A program made the translations under genes and the position numbers. Positions 16,228 to 24,720 of a stretch of DNA of 48,536 nt are shown in pieces; positions within the stretch are counted from its first letter, which is position 1, and every line of letters starts with the position of its first letter. The notes beneath the pieces are model-generated. The model worked only from the letters and a program-made list of their open reading frames with translations. It made no database searches and had not been told where the DNA came from. The DNA is from an uncultured archaeon. Lineage in GTDB: Archaea > Iainarchaeota > Iainarchaeia > Iainarchaeales > 1-14-0-10-31-34. Where the stretch lies: contig CAYTYC010000010.1 in NCBI GenBank assembly GCA_964442255.1, forward strand, positions 1 through 48,536, given 5' to 3'.

Positions 16228-17014
16228 ACGCGTCCACAAAATCCTTTACCCCAATCTGGCACACTTTTTCACCATTTATTTTGAGCCCGGGAAGGGAAAC
16301 CTTTTTCCGGGAAATAAAGGGAAGCGCCATCTTGAACGCGTTGGAAAAAGACTTGTTCCGGAAACGGAAAACCTGCCTCAAAAAAAGCCAGAAAAGCCTT
16401 TCATTTTTTGCCGTCCCAAAACGCTTTTTTTTGGTGAAAGAAATAATTTGGGAGGCCGATTTTGGCATTGGAAAAAAGCTGTCAGGGGAAACCGGGCCCA
16501 AAGTTTGGGGCTCGCAAAAGTAATTGGTTAAAACGGAGAGTGCGTTATAGTTTTTGAATCCCGGCTCAGCGGAAAGCTTTTCACAGAATTCCAGCTGGAA
16601 CACCAGCACCGTTTTGTCAAAGTCAAGGAACAAAATTTTTTCCACAATGGAGTGGGAGAGGTTGTATGGGGGAAGGGAAACAATTTTATTGAATTCCGGC
16701 ATTTCGTTTCCGGAAAGGTTCAGGAAGTCGGCGTTTTGCACGGAAAACTTTTCAGACAAAATTTCATTTCGCAGCAGGTTGAAAAATTTTTCGTCTTTTT
16801 CAACCGCGTTAACCCTGCATTTTTCCAGCATTGCCTTGGTCAAAAACCCTGTTCCGGGCCCGATTTCAAGAACAGTGTCAGAGGAATTCAATTTGGCGGC
16901 TTCCACAAGCCCTTCAATCAGCTCTTTGCTTACCACAAAATGCTGGGCAAGCTTTTTGTTTGGCCTGAACCTGTATTCAGCCATCAACGAACCGAGTTTC
17001 TTGGATAAATCCAT
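16211..17014 (-). CDS. rsmA: 16S rRNA m6,2A dimethyltransferase RsmA/KsgA/Dim1
   Basis: KKLAQHF, VLEIGPGTGFLT, VSLPPYNLS and FFPMPK; conserved archaeal gene context. Confidence 0.93.
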   Translation of the reverse strand: MDLSKKLGSLMAEYRFRPNKKLAQHFVVSKELIEGLVEAAKLNSSDTVLEIGPGTGFLTKAMLEKCRVNAVEKDEKFFNLLRNEILSEKFSVQNADFLNLSGNEMPEFNKIVSLPPYNLSHSIVEKILFLDFDKTVLVFQLEFCEKLSAEPGFKNYNALSVLTNYFCEPQTLGPVSPDSFFPMPKSASQIISFTKKKRFGTAKNERLFWLFLRQVFRFRNKSFSNAFKMALPFISRKKVSLPGLKINGEKVCQIGVKDFVDAFNAIF

Positions 17015-17028
17015 TGGAAACAGCGCCT

Positions 17029-17589
17029 TTAAAAGCGTTCCCTTTCCCTTGTGGGGGGGCGGGCGAAAAGGAAGTGCCTTTGGGTTTCGTCCTCCAGTTC
17101 CAGCAAAACCCTTTTAACAAGCGTTTTAACCGGGTCGGGCATGAGCTTCACCCTTTTCTCCAAATCCTCAAAAGACTGGAAAGGCCCTTTCCTTCTTTCA
17201 TTCAATACGGCGGTCATGTGCTTTTTTCCGAGCCCCGGCAAAAGCTCAAGCTGGTGCCTTTTGATTGTGATTGAGCGCGCGTTGTTGAAGAAGTCAATAA
17301 ATTTTTGGGAGTCCTCCTGAATCACTTTTTCTATTGCCCTGCTTATTTCGGAAACAGAGTTTGCGGTAAGCTCCCTGAATGAAATTCTTCTCTTAATGTA
17401 TTCAACCTTGTCGCGTTCCTCTTTTCCCACATAAATTTTTTCAAGCGCCTTGAGCTGGCCTTTGGGGATTATTTCCAGCAAAGTGAAAAACTGCGTGCCC
17501 ATTATCTGTGCAAGGGGCTCTGACTTGAAGGAACTGCTCCTGCCGGTTGGCAGGTAATCCAAAACAAGCGCGTAGTCTTCGTTCGGCAT
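17029..17589 (-). CDS. DUF655 RNA-binding HhH protein
   Basis: ALVLDYLP..FTLLE..HQLELLPGLGKK..GPFQSFEDL; lies between rpo4 and rsmA. Confidence 0.9.
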   Translation of the reverse strand: MPNEDYALVLDYLPTGRSSSFKSEPLAQIMGTQFFTLLEIIPKGQLKALEKIYVGKEERDKVEYIKRRISFRELTANSVSEISRAIEKVIQEDSQKFIDFFNNARSITIKRHQLELLPGLGKKHMTAVLNERRKGPFQSFEDLEKRVKLMPDPVKTLVKRVLLELEDETQRHFLFARPPTRERERF

Positions 17590-17614
17590 TTAGTTTCCCC
17601 CACTTTTCAGAGCC

Positions 17615-17965
17615 TCATTTCTTTTTTTCCTTTGGAGCGAATTTTTCGGTTAACTTCAAAATTTTTTCCATTGTTTCCTCACTCAAAGAGCTTCCCTTGG
17701 GCAAAGCAAGCTGGATTATTTCCCTTCTCCGGGGAAGAAGGTCAACCATTTTCACCGCAATTTCTTCCGTTACTCCGTCAAGCTTTTGGAGCTCTTCAAA
17801 AAGCTTTTCATATTTTGCGGGAGTGAGCTTTGAGAACTTGTCCGCATACTTGAGCGTAAGCTCCTGCTCGTAGCCCAGCTCGGCCTCTTTTCCGCGTTCT
17901 TTCAGAATTTTCCTTACCTTGAAAACGGGAACAAACTTTTTTTCCATTATTTTTTCTTCCCTCAT
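17615..17965 (-). CDS. rpoF: RNA polymerase subunit Rpo4 (F)
   Basis: ELGYEQELTLKYADKFSKL..IAVKMVDLLP; gene context. Confidence 0.88.
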   Translation of the reverse strand: MREEKIMEKKFVPVFKVRKILKERGKEAELGYEQELTLKYADKFSKLTPAKYEKLFEELQKLDGVTEEIAVKMVDLLPRRREIIQLALPKGSSLSEETMEKILKLTEKFAPKEKKK

Positions 17966-17977
17966 TTTTTTTTCACC

Positions 17978-18265
17978 TTAAGCTGCCTTTGATAAATGAG
18001 CGGGGTGAACCAGAAAGCTTTTCTGTTTTCCGCCGTCTTTCAGTAAAATTTCGTAAACCTTTCCCTGCATTCCCTTTACTTTCACGGTTTTGCCTTGAAT
18101 TCTTTTAGGCGGAATTCCGCTGTGCACCGAGCTGTCCACCTGAACGTGCACGGAGTCTTTTTCCTTGAAGGTGCCCAAAAGCTTGTTTACCGTGGCTTTG
18201 GGGCCTTTTTTCCTGAACTTTTTGCGGGTTTTTCCTCGCTTTCCCCTGGCTTTCTTGCTTGGCAT
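17978..18265 (-). CDS. rpl21e: 50S ribosomal protein L21e
   Basis: MPSKKARGKRGKTRKKF..DSSVHSGIPPKRIQGKT..VHPAHL. Confidence 0.93.
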   Translation of the reverse strand: MPSKKARGKRGKTRKKFRKKGPKATVNKLLGTFKEKDSVHVQVDSSVHSGIPPKRIQGKTVKVKGMQGKVYEILLKDGGKQKSFLVHPAHLSKAA

Positions 18266-18411
18266 ATTGTTTACTCCTATAAATACCCAAATCAAATCCC
18301 GGCAATACTACTAATTCATCCAAAGAAAGGCTTAAAAAAGGCTATTTTGGCGGAAAAATAAAATGCAAAGGTATTTATTCCCGCGGAAACCCAGATAATA
18401 CTTGACTTAAT

Positions 18412-19086
18412 ATGCCAACAAAGAGGCTTCCAAAAACACTTGTTGAAAGGCTAGAAAAAACGATGTCCGGCAGAGGCATAAAAAATTTTTATGGAGCCAT
18501 GAAAAAAATGGAGAATGTTGATTACAGGCGTGACCTGTTAACCCTTTCTGATGGGCCTTCGCTGCACTGGCCAGGTGAAAAGGTAAGGGCAATGAATGTT
18601 TCAAAAAACTACCCTAAAATCGGCAAAGTTGTGCTGAAAAGGTCGCACTACAAAGATGATTTAGCTGAACGAGGGCTTGAACCGGACACTCTTAATGAGA
18701 TTGAAAGGGTAATAAAAACGGTGAGGAGACACAACCGCCAGCCATACGCAGACAGACGGGCATATGTCATGCTTGAACCGAAAGCCTATGAAGTTGGCGG
18801 AGGAATCATTGCAATGCACAAAACAGACAAACCAGTTGTTGCCGAAATCATTTGCAAAGACGGAAAATTCCAAACCAAGCGCGGAAACCAGTATTTGGAG
18901 AGGCTACGGAAGAGGCACGGCTTTAAGCTTGTTAACAGAAGGCGGCTCAGAACGGCAGTTGATTTAGCCGAACGCCATACACGTGAAATCCTGAAACACA
19001 GTTCCCTGGACGAGCACACGCTTCTCCTGCTGGGGGTAAACAAAAAAGGGCAATTTGTCTTCATGCCCTTGATAGACATATTCTAG
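18412..19086 (+). CDS. Basic orphan hypothetical protein
   Basis: 224-aa ORF (MPTKRLPK...) between rpl21e and tbp. Confidence 0.7.
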   Translation: MPTKRLPKTLVERLEKTMSGRGIKNFYGAMKKMENVDYRRDLLTLSDGPSLHWPGEKVRAMNVSKNYPKIGKVVLKRSHYKDDLAERGLEPDTLNEIERVIKTVRRHNRQPYADRRAYVMLEPKAYEVGGGIIAMHKTDKPVVAEIICKDGKFQTKRGNQYLERLRKRHGFKLVNRRRLRTAVDLAERHTREILKHSSLDEHTLLLLGVNKKGQFVFMPLIDIF

Positions 19087-19130
19087 GAAAAAAAAAGGCT
19101 AAGCCGGATTAAAAACATAACCGCAAAGTA

Positions 19131-19203
19131 GGTGCAAAGACCCCAATAAATGTGCAGAGCCCCGAATTAATGTGCAAAAGGCAATTAATGTGCAAAGCCG
19201 GGG
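19131..19203 (+). repeat. Four imperfect direct repeats (core GTGCA, spacing 20/20/18 bp) upstream of the tbp promoter
   Basis: gtgca at 19132, 19152, 19172 and 19190; consensus aat(t/a)aatgtgca(a/g)a. Confidence 0.75.
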
Positions 19204-19206
19204 AAC

Positions 19207-19222
19207 CGAAACTCTTTATATA
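19207..19222 (+). promoter_or_regulatory. BRE/TATA promoter of tbp
   Basis: cgaaactc-tttatata upstream of the GGTGA SD and the TTG start at 19304. Confidence 0.6.
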
Positions 19223-19303
19223 TCCCTTTTTAAATCTTTTTAAACCACTAATTTGTTTACCTGAAACAGTTAATTTTTGGGCAGTTTGAGTTGGGGTGAT
19301 GGA

Positions 19304-20032
19304 TTGAATTACCAGATCGTGAACTTGGTTGCATCCGCGAACTTGAATGCAACACTTGACTTGTATAATTTGGCGATAACAATTCCAAACATTGAGTACG
19401 AACCCGAACAGTTTCCGGGCGCAATCTTAAAGCTCCAGGAACCCAAGGTTTCAATGCTTTTATTCAAGAACGGGAAAGTGATTTGCTCCGGGGCAAGCAG
19501 CGAAAAAGAAATTTCAGTCGGAATAATGAAGGCATCCAAGCTGATTCACGGGGTGCAAAAATCGGTTAAAGTGCTGAAAAAAGTGGAATACAATGTAGTG
19601 AATTTGGTGGCAACCGCTTCATTAAACCAGACACTGGACTTGTTCCAAACCGCTTTGGCGCTGGACAACGTGGAATACGAACCCGAACAGTTTCCGGGCG
19701 CAATCTTAAGGATTGACGACCCAAAACTCACCCTGCTGCTGTTCAAAAACGGAAAAGTAATCTGTGCTGGGGCAAAAAAAGAAGAGTTTTTGAGGAAAGG
19801 GCTGAAAAGGGCGCAGGAACTAATTAATTCAATCAAAAAAAAGCGTTCCCCGGAAATTTCGCCGAGAAAAATTTTTTTGGAGGAAGCAAAGGCGCAAAGG
19901 AAAGCTGAAGCAAAGAAAAAGCCAGCAAAAAAGGCTTCTCCAAAAAAGAAAGCGAAAACCAAGCCAAAAGCCAAAGCCAAAAAAAAGCCTGCAAAAAAAG
20001 CGAAAACCGCAAAAAAAAAGAAGAAAAAGTAA
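19304..20032 (+). CDS. tbp: TATA-box binding protein with Lys/Ala-rich C-terminal tail
   Basis: Two repeats of NLVA..YEPEQFPGAIL..LLFKNGKVIC-GA; TTG start after GGGGTGA. Confidence 0.95.
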   Translation: MNYQIVNLVASANLNATLDLYNLAITIPNIEYEPEQFPGAILKLQEPKVSMLLFKNGKVICSGASSEKEISVGIMKASKLIHGVQKSVKVLKKVEYNVVNLVATASLNQTLDLFQTALALDNVEYEPEQFPGAILRIDDPKLTLLLFKNGKVICAGAKKEEFLRKGLKRAQELINSIKKKRSPEISPRKIFLEEAKAQRKAEAKKKPAKKASPKKKAKTKPKAKAKKKPAKKAKTAKKKKKK

Positions 20033-20045
20033 TTCCTTTGAACGC

Positions 20046-20300
20046 CTAACCGTGCCTTATTTTCAGGCACAAAATTGAAAGCGCAAGAATTAACCCTACG
20101 GCATTCATTGCCGCAACCGGGCCGTTTTGGATTATCAATGCGTAAGCTATCCAAAGGCTTAGGCCTGCAATGTAAATGATGTACCTACAGAGTGAAAGGT
20201 CTTTGGTTGACCTTGTCTTCCAGCTCTTAATAGTCTGCGGAAGCAGGGAAATTACCACAAGAATTCCCGCAAGGTATCCAAACAAGCCAATGTAAAGCAT
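20046..20300 (-). CDS. SemiSWEET/PQ-loop transporter
   Basis: LLPQTIKSWKTRSTKDLS..LWIAYA..N; three TM helices. Confidence 0.9.
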   Translation of the reverse strand: MLYIGLFGYLAGILVVISLLPQTIKSWKTRSTKDLSLCRYIIYIAGLSLWIAYALIIQNGPVAAMNAVGLILALSILCLKIRHG

Positions 20301-20399
20301 TCAATAAGGGTTGGTTGTTTTTGTGTAAAAATCTTACTGGAAACTCCAAAAAAAGCCCAAGAGAAAGAAATAAAAACCCTGGGAGACACAATTAGTATT

Positions 20400-20516
20400 G
20401 ATTAGCGGCCACAGCGAAGGGGAAACACCCGGTCCCATCCCGAACCCGGAAGTTAAGCCCTTCAGCGATTAAGGCTGTACTGTTCTCTGAACGGGGCCCC
20501 TTGGACGCTGCTAATC
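20400..20516 (+). rRNA. rrf: 5S rRNA (stand-alone)
   Basis: Terminal helix gattagcggc/gctgctaatc; conserved cacccggtcccatcccgaacccggaagttaagc; T-tract downstream. Confidence 0.95.
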
Positions 20517-20820
20517 ACTTTTTATGCTGTTCCCTGTAACCGGCCTTGTTTTGCCCCATTCAAGGCAAAATACGTTTTTGGGACTGCGGTTTTCCTGATT
20601 TTTCCTTACCCCAAGCTTTTTGATTAAATTTTTTCAACATTTATTATTGGCAGTTCTTTTTTTATTTTTCCTGCATATTTTTCCCGTGCAATCCTCTATT
20701 AATCCGGGAGTTGCAACTTTGCGTTAATCAATAGTTTTTGATACGAATAGTACGGACTAAACGGGACTAATGAAAGCCTTAAATAGCTGAAAACACGTAC
20801 TGTCTTTAGGGGTTAAGCTT

Positions 20821-21468
20821 ATGGGCTTCAACAGCAGACGAGTGATTTTGGCTTCTTTAAGAGAAAGCCAAGGCTTGGTGAAAGGAAAACAACACAGTTA
20901 CTTTCACGTCCCTTTTATCTTTGAAGTAATGGACGGAAACGGCACGGAACGTTTTAAGCGTATAAACGAATTGTGTAACCTTAGAAATCCAGCCGCTTTT
21001 AGTTCCAAGTTTGCAGGGAGGGACAGGGACGCCAGGAGTGCGGCAACTAATTTCTCCAGGTTCAGTCATTCTTTGAGTACACGTTTGGCGGCCGGGCTGA
21101 AAATGACTGCAAGAGAACAGTCTGCAACAGTGCGTTTCCTGAAAACTTTTTCCAACACGACACCCCCCCGGCCTTTTTCGCTTCCAGATTGGAGGGAAAA
21201 AGGCAACCTTAACGCAAACGATTTAGCAGTGTTTGAAAACGCGTTAGGAAGACTGGTTCAAGGAATTGGAAGCAAAGCGAAAACGCAAAAAATTCTGCGC
21301 CAAATAGATGTCAGAATGGAAAGCCTCCACCGGGTTTGGCTTGATACGGGGAAAGGAAGAACAGAACGAAACGAAACAATCAGGGAGGCAGTGCACTTAG
21401 TTTCTTTCTCCATTCAACAAAGGCGAGCCATCATAAAAGGAGCTTTAGCCAAACTGGGTTCAGGATGA
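20821..21468 (+). CDS. Basic orphan hypothetical protein
   Basis: 215-aa ORF with gaaagccttaaata BRE/TATA upstream. Confidence 0.7.
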   Translation: MGFNSRRVILASLRESQGLVKGKQHSYFHVPFIFEVMDGNGTERFKRINELCNLRNPAAFSSKFAGRDRDARSAATNFSRFSHSLSTRLAAGLKMTAREQSATVRFLKTFSNTTPPRPFSLPDWREKGNLNANDLAVFENALGRLVQGIGSKAKTQKILRQIDVRMESLHRVWLDTGKGRTERNETIREAVHLVSFSIQQRRAIIKGALAKLGSG

Positions 21469-21547
21469 GCCTAAAAACTTCCTTTTAAAGGCAGGCAACG
21501 CCAATTAATATAATTGCGCCAATCACAAGAACAATAGCCTTTAGGCA

Positions 21548-21664
21548 CTACATTCCCCCATTATTTTTCCCCAAATACTTTAAGTGCTTTTGGATTACTC
21601 TCCCGTTTATTCTCACGGATTCTACTTTGTATCGGTATTCGTGTCCATTGAATTTTTTGCTCAC
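21548..21664 (-). pseudogene. Short ORF/remnant resembling the N-terminal beta-hairpin of IS1634-type transposases and some archaeal Fic proteins
   Basis: Hand translation VSKKFNGHEYRYKVESVRINGRVIQKHLKYLGKNNGGM*. Confidence 0.55.
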
Positions 21665-21692
21665 AGTTTTTCTTTAAGGTCTGCCGCTAGCT

Positions 21693-21729
21693 GTTCACTC
21701 TAAAGTGAACGGTTCACTATTTAGTGAAC
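21693..21729. promoter_or_regulatory. Two tandem 18-bp palindromic operators
   Basis: gttcact-ctaa-agtgaac (21693-21710) and gttcact-attt-agtgaac (21712-21729), next to a tttttaaat TATA-like box. Confidence 0.7.
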
Positions 21730-21764
21730 AAAGTTTTTAAATCCCATGGCAACCAATTTTCAGC

Positions 21765-22523
21765 CTATAAACTGTTCCAATAAGCCGCGGCTTCCTTCAC
21801 TTTGCCTTTATGCTCCAACAGGTATTCAATCGTCGCTTTTCCAGCATATTTCTGTGCAGTTAATTTTGACTTTATTTCCCCCCAGTTGATTATGCCTGTG
21901 CCCATTGGCTGATGCTTCAGCCATTCACCTGTTTTTCTGTCTTTTGCAACGTCAGAGAAATGAAGGTGTTTCAGCTTGTTTCCGCTCAGTTCAATAAATT
22001 TTATTATTGAAGCAGTATGCTTCTTTTCATCACTTACCGGCAAATGCGTTGTATCCAAGCACAAGCCAAAGTTCTTGAATTCTTTCAGGCCATGCAAAAA
22101 GGCCGGGACAGTTTCTGGTTCCCTCAAGTTTGCATTTTTTCTTGCCATGTTTTCAATAGTGAAAGTGATTTCCTCTGGAATTTTTTCCAAGACATATTTT
22201 ATCGAATTCTTGGTTTCCTCTCTTCTGCCATACAGACAGTGCATGTTTACCACTTTTGGCTCGAAGACAGCATTCATCTTGTGAATTACGTTTACCAGCT
22301 TCTGTGTTTCAGCAAAACTCTTGTTAATGAAATAGCTTGGCAAGTGCACCGCGTAAATTTGCATTCCTGTTTGTTTTGCTTTTCTTTTAATTTGGTTAAC
22401 CATTTTGTCGTCTGTCGGCAAGCAGTCAAACCAGAACAATACTTCACACTCCCGGAACACATCACAAAGCTTCGCCATTTCTTCCGGATGCTTTGCATTT
22501 ATTTCAGGAATCAAGTCCATCAA
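21765..22523 (-). CDS. Sugar phosphate isomerase/epimerase (AP endonuclease 2 TIM barrel)
   Basis: AVHLP, TIENM, LCLDTTH, HLHFSD, HQPMGTGIINW and ATIEY. Confidence 0.88.
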   Translation of the reverse strand: MMDLIPEINAKHPEEMAKLCDVFRECEVLFWFDCLPTDDKMVNQIKRKAKQTGMQIYAVHLPSYFINKSFAETQKLVNVIHKMNAVFEPKVVNMHCLYGRREETKNSIKYVLEKIPEEITFTIENMARKNANLREPETVPAFLHGLKEFKNFGLCLDTTHLPVSDEKKHTASIIKFIELSGNKLKHLHFSDVAKDRKTGEWLKHQPMGTGIINWGEIKSKLTAQKYAGKATIEYLLEHKGKVKEAAAYWNSL

Positions 22524-22618
22524 ACCACCTTAACTGAGGGTTGTTCTAAGCCACGGTGAAAAGGCTTTCAGCACGAAGTGCTGGTTTTCCCAAGGCTTTT
22601 TTCGGAAGGAAAAAGGTT

Positions 22619-23008
22619 TCAGTGACAATTTTTTCCAGACCCATGCTGTTTCCGTTTTTTCTTTTTTATGTGTTTTTTGAATTCTTTATCCAGTGCATTA
22701 ACTTTATAGTGGAGAAATCTCTTGAGCAGCGTCCACTCGTATTCATTGCGTGTTTTGCCTTTGTATCTGTCATAGCATTTTTTATCCAGCTCTTTTGGCG
22801 CTTCCTCAAGCCTCATCAGTCTTCCTTCCCACCACACAAGAACATTTACGTTTCCGTTATGCAGTTCAAGCGGTGTGTTCCAGCCCAAGAACCTTTTTTC
22901 TTCTTTATAGGGGGACAACTGGTCCAGTTTATTTAATTCCTTTTTTGCCATCCTGCCTAGCGACTTTCCAAAGTCATTGTGTTTCAGGTAGAATGTTGTT
23001 GTGCCCAT
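22619..23008 (-). CDS. Hypothetical protein
   Basis: 129-aa ORF with a GGGTGA SD upstream; co-oriented with the ATPase. Confidence 0.6.
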   Translation of the reverse strand: MGTTTFYLKHNDFGKSLGRMAKKELNKLDQLSPYKEEKRFLGWNTPLELHNGNVNVLVWWEGRLMRLEEAPKELDKKCYDRYKGKTRNEYEWTLLKRFLHYKVNALDKEFKKHIKKKKRKQHGSGKNCH

Positions 23009-23031
23009 TTGGCTTCACCCACTCCTTTTTT

Positions 23032-24357
23032 TTAGAAAAATTTTCTTTTAACGAATTCCCTGACTGGCAGCATTGCCAGGAAAAGGGAAACCGGCATGAT
23101 GTATATGTTTCCCTTTACGTCAAATGTTTCTTTTGTTAAGAGAAAACCTGTGTCAAACTTGTTGAGTTTTAAGTAGTCGCCCGCGGAAATGTTTTTTTGC
23201 CATTTTACTTCTACGCCGATTGTTTTTTTGTTTAGCCTGAATACAAAGTCCACTTCTCTTTTTCCGTCATTGAAGAAGTTTGCTTTGGTCAGCCTGTTTA
23301 AGTGCTCTGCCACCACGCTCTCCACTTTGCATGCAATATCCATGCTTGCGGTCGCCCATTTTTCCCCTATTTTAATGAGTAAAGGATCCCTGAAGTAGAG
23401 CTTTTTCTCTTTTTTATGCTGTACTTTAAAAGGATTTAAAGACGCTTTTTCAACCAAATTCAATACCAGCAGTTCTTCAAGCATTTCTGCGTAATCAATT
23501 ACTGTGTTGTGTGAGCTGACGCTTGTTTCCTTCCTTATCGAGTCAAATGACAGCTGTGAACACTTTTTTCTTATTATTGCTGCCAGGATTTCTTTTGCAG
23601 TAGTCGGGTTTCTTTCCGCTTTTATGATGTCTCCTTCAATCCACCGCATATACCTTTCCAGCAATATCTCTGTTACGCCCTCGTTTATCGTGCTCAGGAA
23701 ACCGCCTGTGTTTAGGTAGTTGTGTAAAAGCCTGTTGAGTGAAACTGTTTTTGTTAATTCTTCTTTCAGCACTTTTGTGTCTATTTTTTTCAGGTTAATT
23801 GAAGGCAGTTTTTTTCCAAGCAGTTCACAATATGTTTTGAAAGAAGCCGGCAGAAAAAAGTATTCTTTTCCTTCAATTCCCCTGCCAGGCAGTGTTTCTG
23901 CCCCTTTCCATAAATCCAATGCACTGGAACCGGAAACAATTAGGGCATCTTCTTTTTTGATGTCCCCCCTGTCCAACAGAATTTTTATCAGTGACTGCCA
24001 TTCCCCTATCCCAGTGATTTCGTCAAGCAAGATTGTTTTTTTTCCATCAGATGCAAGCTCTTCAAGATATGTTTCAATTACCTCGTATGCCTGTTCCTTT
24101 GCTTTGACCATGTCAAAAGAATAATAAAACACGCTTTTGCTCTCTCTTTTTTTAAGCAATTCCCGAATCATTAGTTTCATTAAGGTAGTTTTTCCAACCT
24201 GCCTGGGGCCCCTTATCGCATACGTTCCTCCTTCGATTGAGAATTGAGGGTAATACTTTATTTTTTTAGCCTCAAATTCCCTCACATGCTTGTCTTCCTC
24301 AATCGCTTCCTTTGCTTCCCACCAAGGGTTAAAGCGGATTAATTCAGCGTGCTCCAT
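23032..24357 (-). CDS. AAA+ ATPase with DUF4143 / C-terminal nuclease-like domain
   Basis: NPWW, GPRQVGKTT (Walker A), ILLDEI (Walker B), SGSSA, GGF, KKLYFRDP and EVDFV..VEVKW. Confidence 0.92.
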   Translation of the reverse strand: MEHAELIRFNPWWEAKEAIEEDKHVREFEAKKIKYYPQFSIEGGTYAIRGPRQVGKTTLMKLMIRELLKKRESKSVFYYSFDMVKAKEQAYEVIETYLEELASDGKKTILLDEITGIGEWQSLIKILLDRGDIKKEDALIVSGSSALDLWKGAETLPGRGIEGKEYFFLPASFKTYCELLGKKLPSINLKKIDTKVLKEELTKTVSLNRLLHNYLNTGGFLSTINEGVTEILLERYMRWIEGDIIKAERNPTTAKEILAAIIRKKCSQLSFDSIRKETSVSSHNTVIDYAEMLEELLVLNLVEKASLNPFKVQHKKEKKLYFRDPLLIKIGEKWATASMDIACKVESVVAEHLNRLTKANFFNDGKREVDFVFRLNKKTIGVEVKWQKNISAGDYLKLNKFDTGFLLTKETFDVKGNIYIMPVSLFLAMLPVREFVKRKFF

Positions 24358-24390
24358 GCTGATATTGTAATGACAACACTTTTATAAATA

Positions 24391-24412
24391 TATTGTCAGT
24401 GCACTGACAATA
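24391..24412. promoter_or_regulatory. Perfect 22-bp palindrome at the ATPase promoter
   Basis: tattgtcagtgcactgacaata, adjacent to tttataaa. Confidence 0.7.
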
Positions 24413-24517
24413 AAATTCGCTGGAATAGGGCCTGCAGTTGCGGGCATTCAACCTATAATCGATTCTACGTTAAGTGGGGCTGGCCCAAAATTTAAAAAAC
24501 CCTTCTCGGGCACTTGC

Positions 24518-24531
24518 GACGCTGCTAATCA
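24518..24531 (+). repeat. Copy of the 5S rRNA 3' end (att-like repeat C2)
   Basis: gacgctgctaatca is identical to 20504-20517; upstream cgggcacttgc is loosely similar to cggggccccttg. Confidence 0.8.
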
Positions 24532-24720
24532 AAATTTTTGTTAAAAACCATGCAGGCAACGTAAAAATAAAGCAGGCTAAGACAGCGAAATTTTGAAGCC
24601 AATTTTTTCTATACGGGGCATCGCCTGTTTTTCTGCAAATTGCGTGTTTTTTAAGGGTTTTGCAGCTGTTTTTGTTCTGCAAACAATATGTTTTTATATT
24701 GTAAACACAATGTTTTTGTT

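Noticed and set aside
20341..20373. LQKKPKRKK-stop-like sequence after the SemiSWEET gene as an old copy of the tbp 3' end
   Set aside because: Low-complexity A-rich DNA that also overlaps the 5S promoter; no exact repeat.
21515..21526. tgcgccaatcac as a further copy of the 5S 3' end
   Set aside because: Only about 9 matching bases, and it lies in a minus-strand hydrophobic gene remnant (KAIVLVIGAIILIG). Chance match is plausible.
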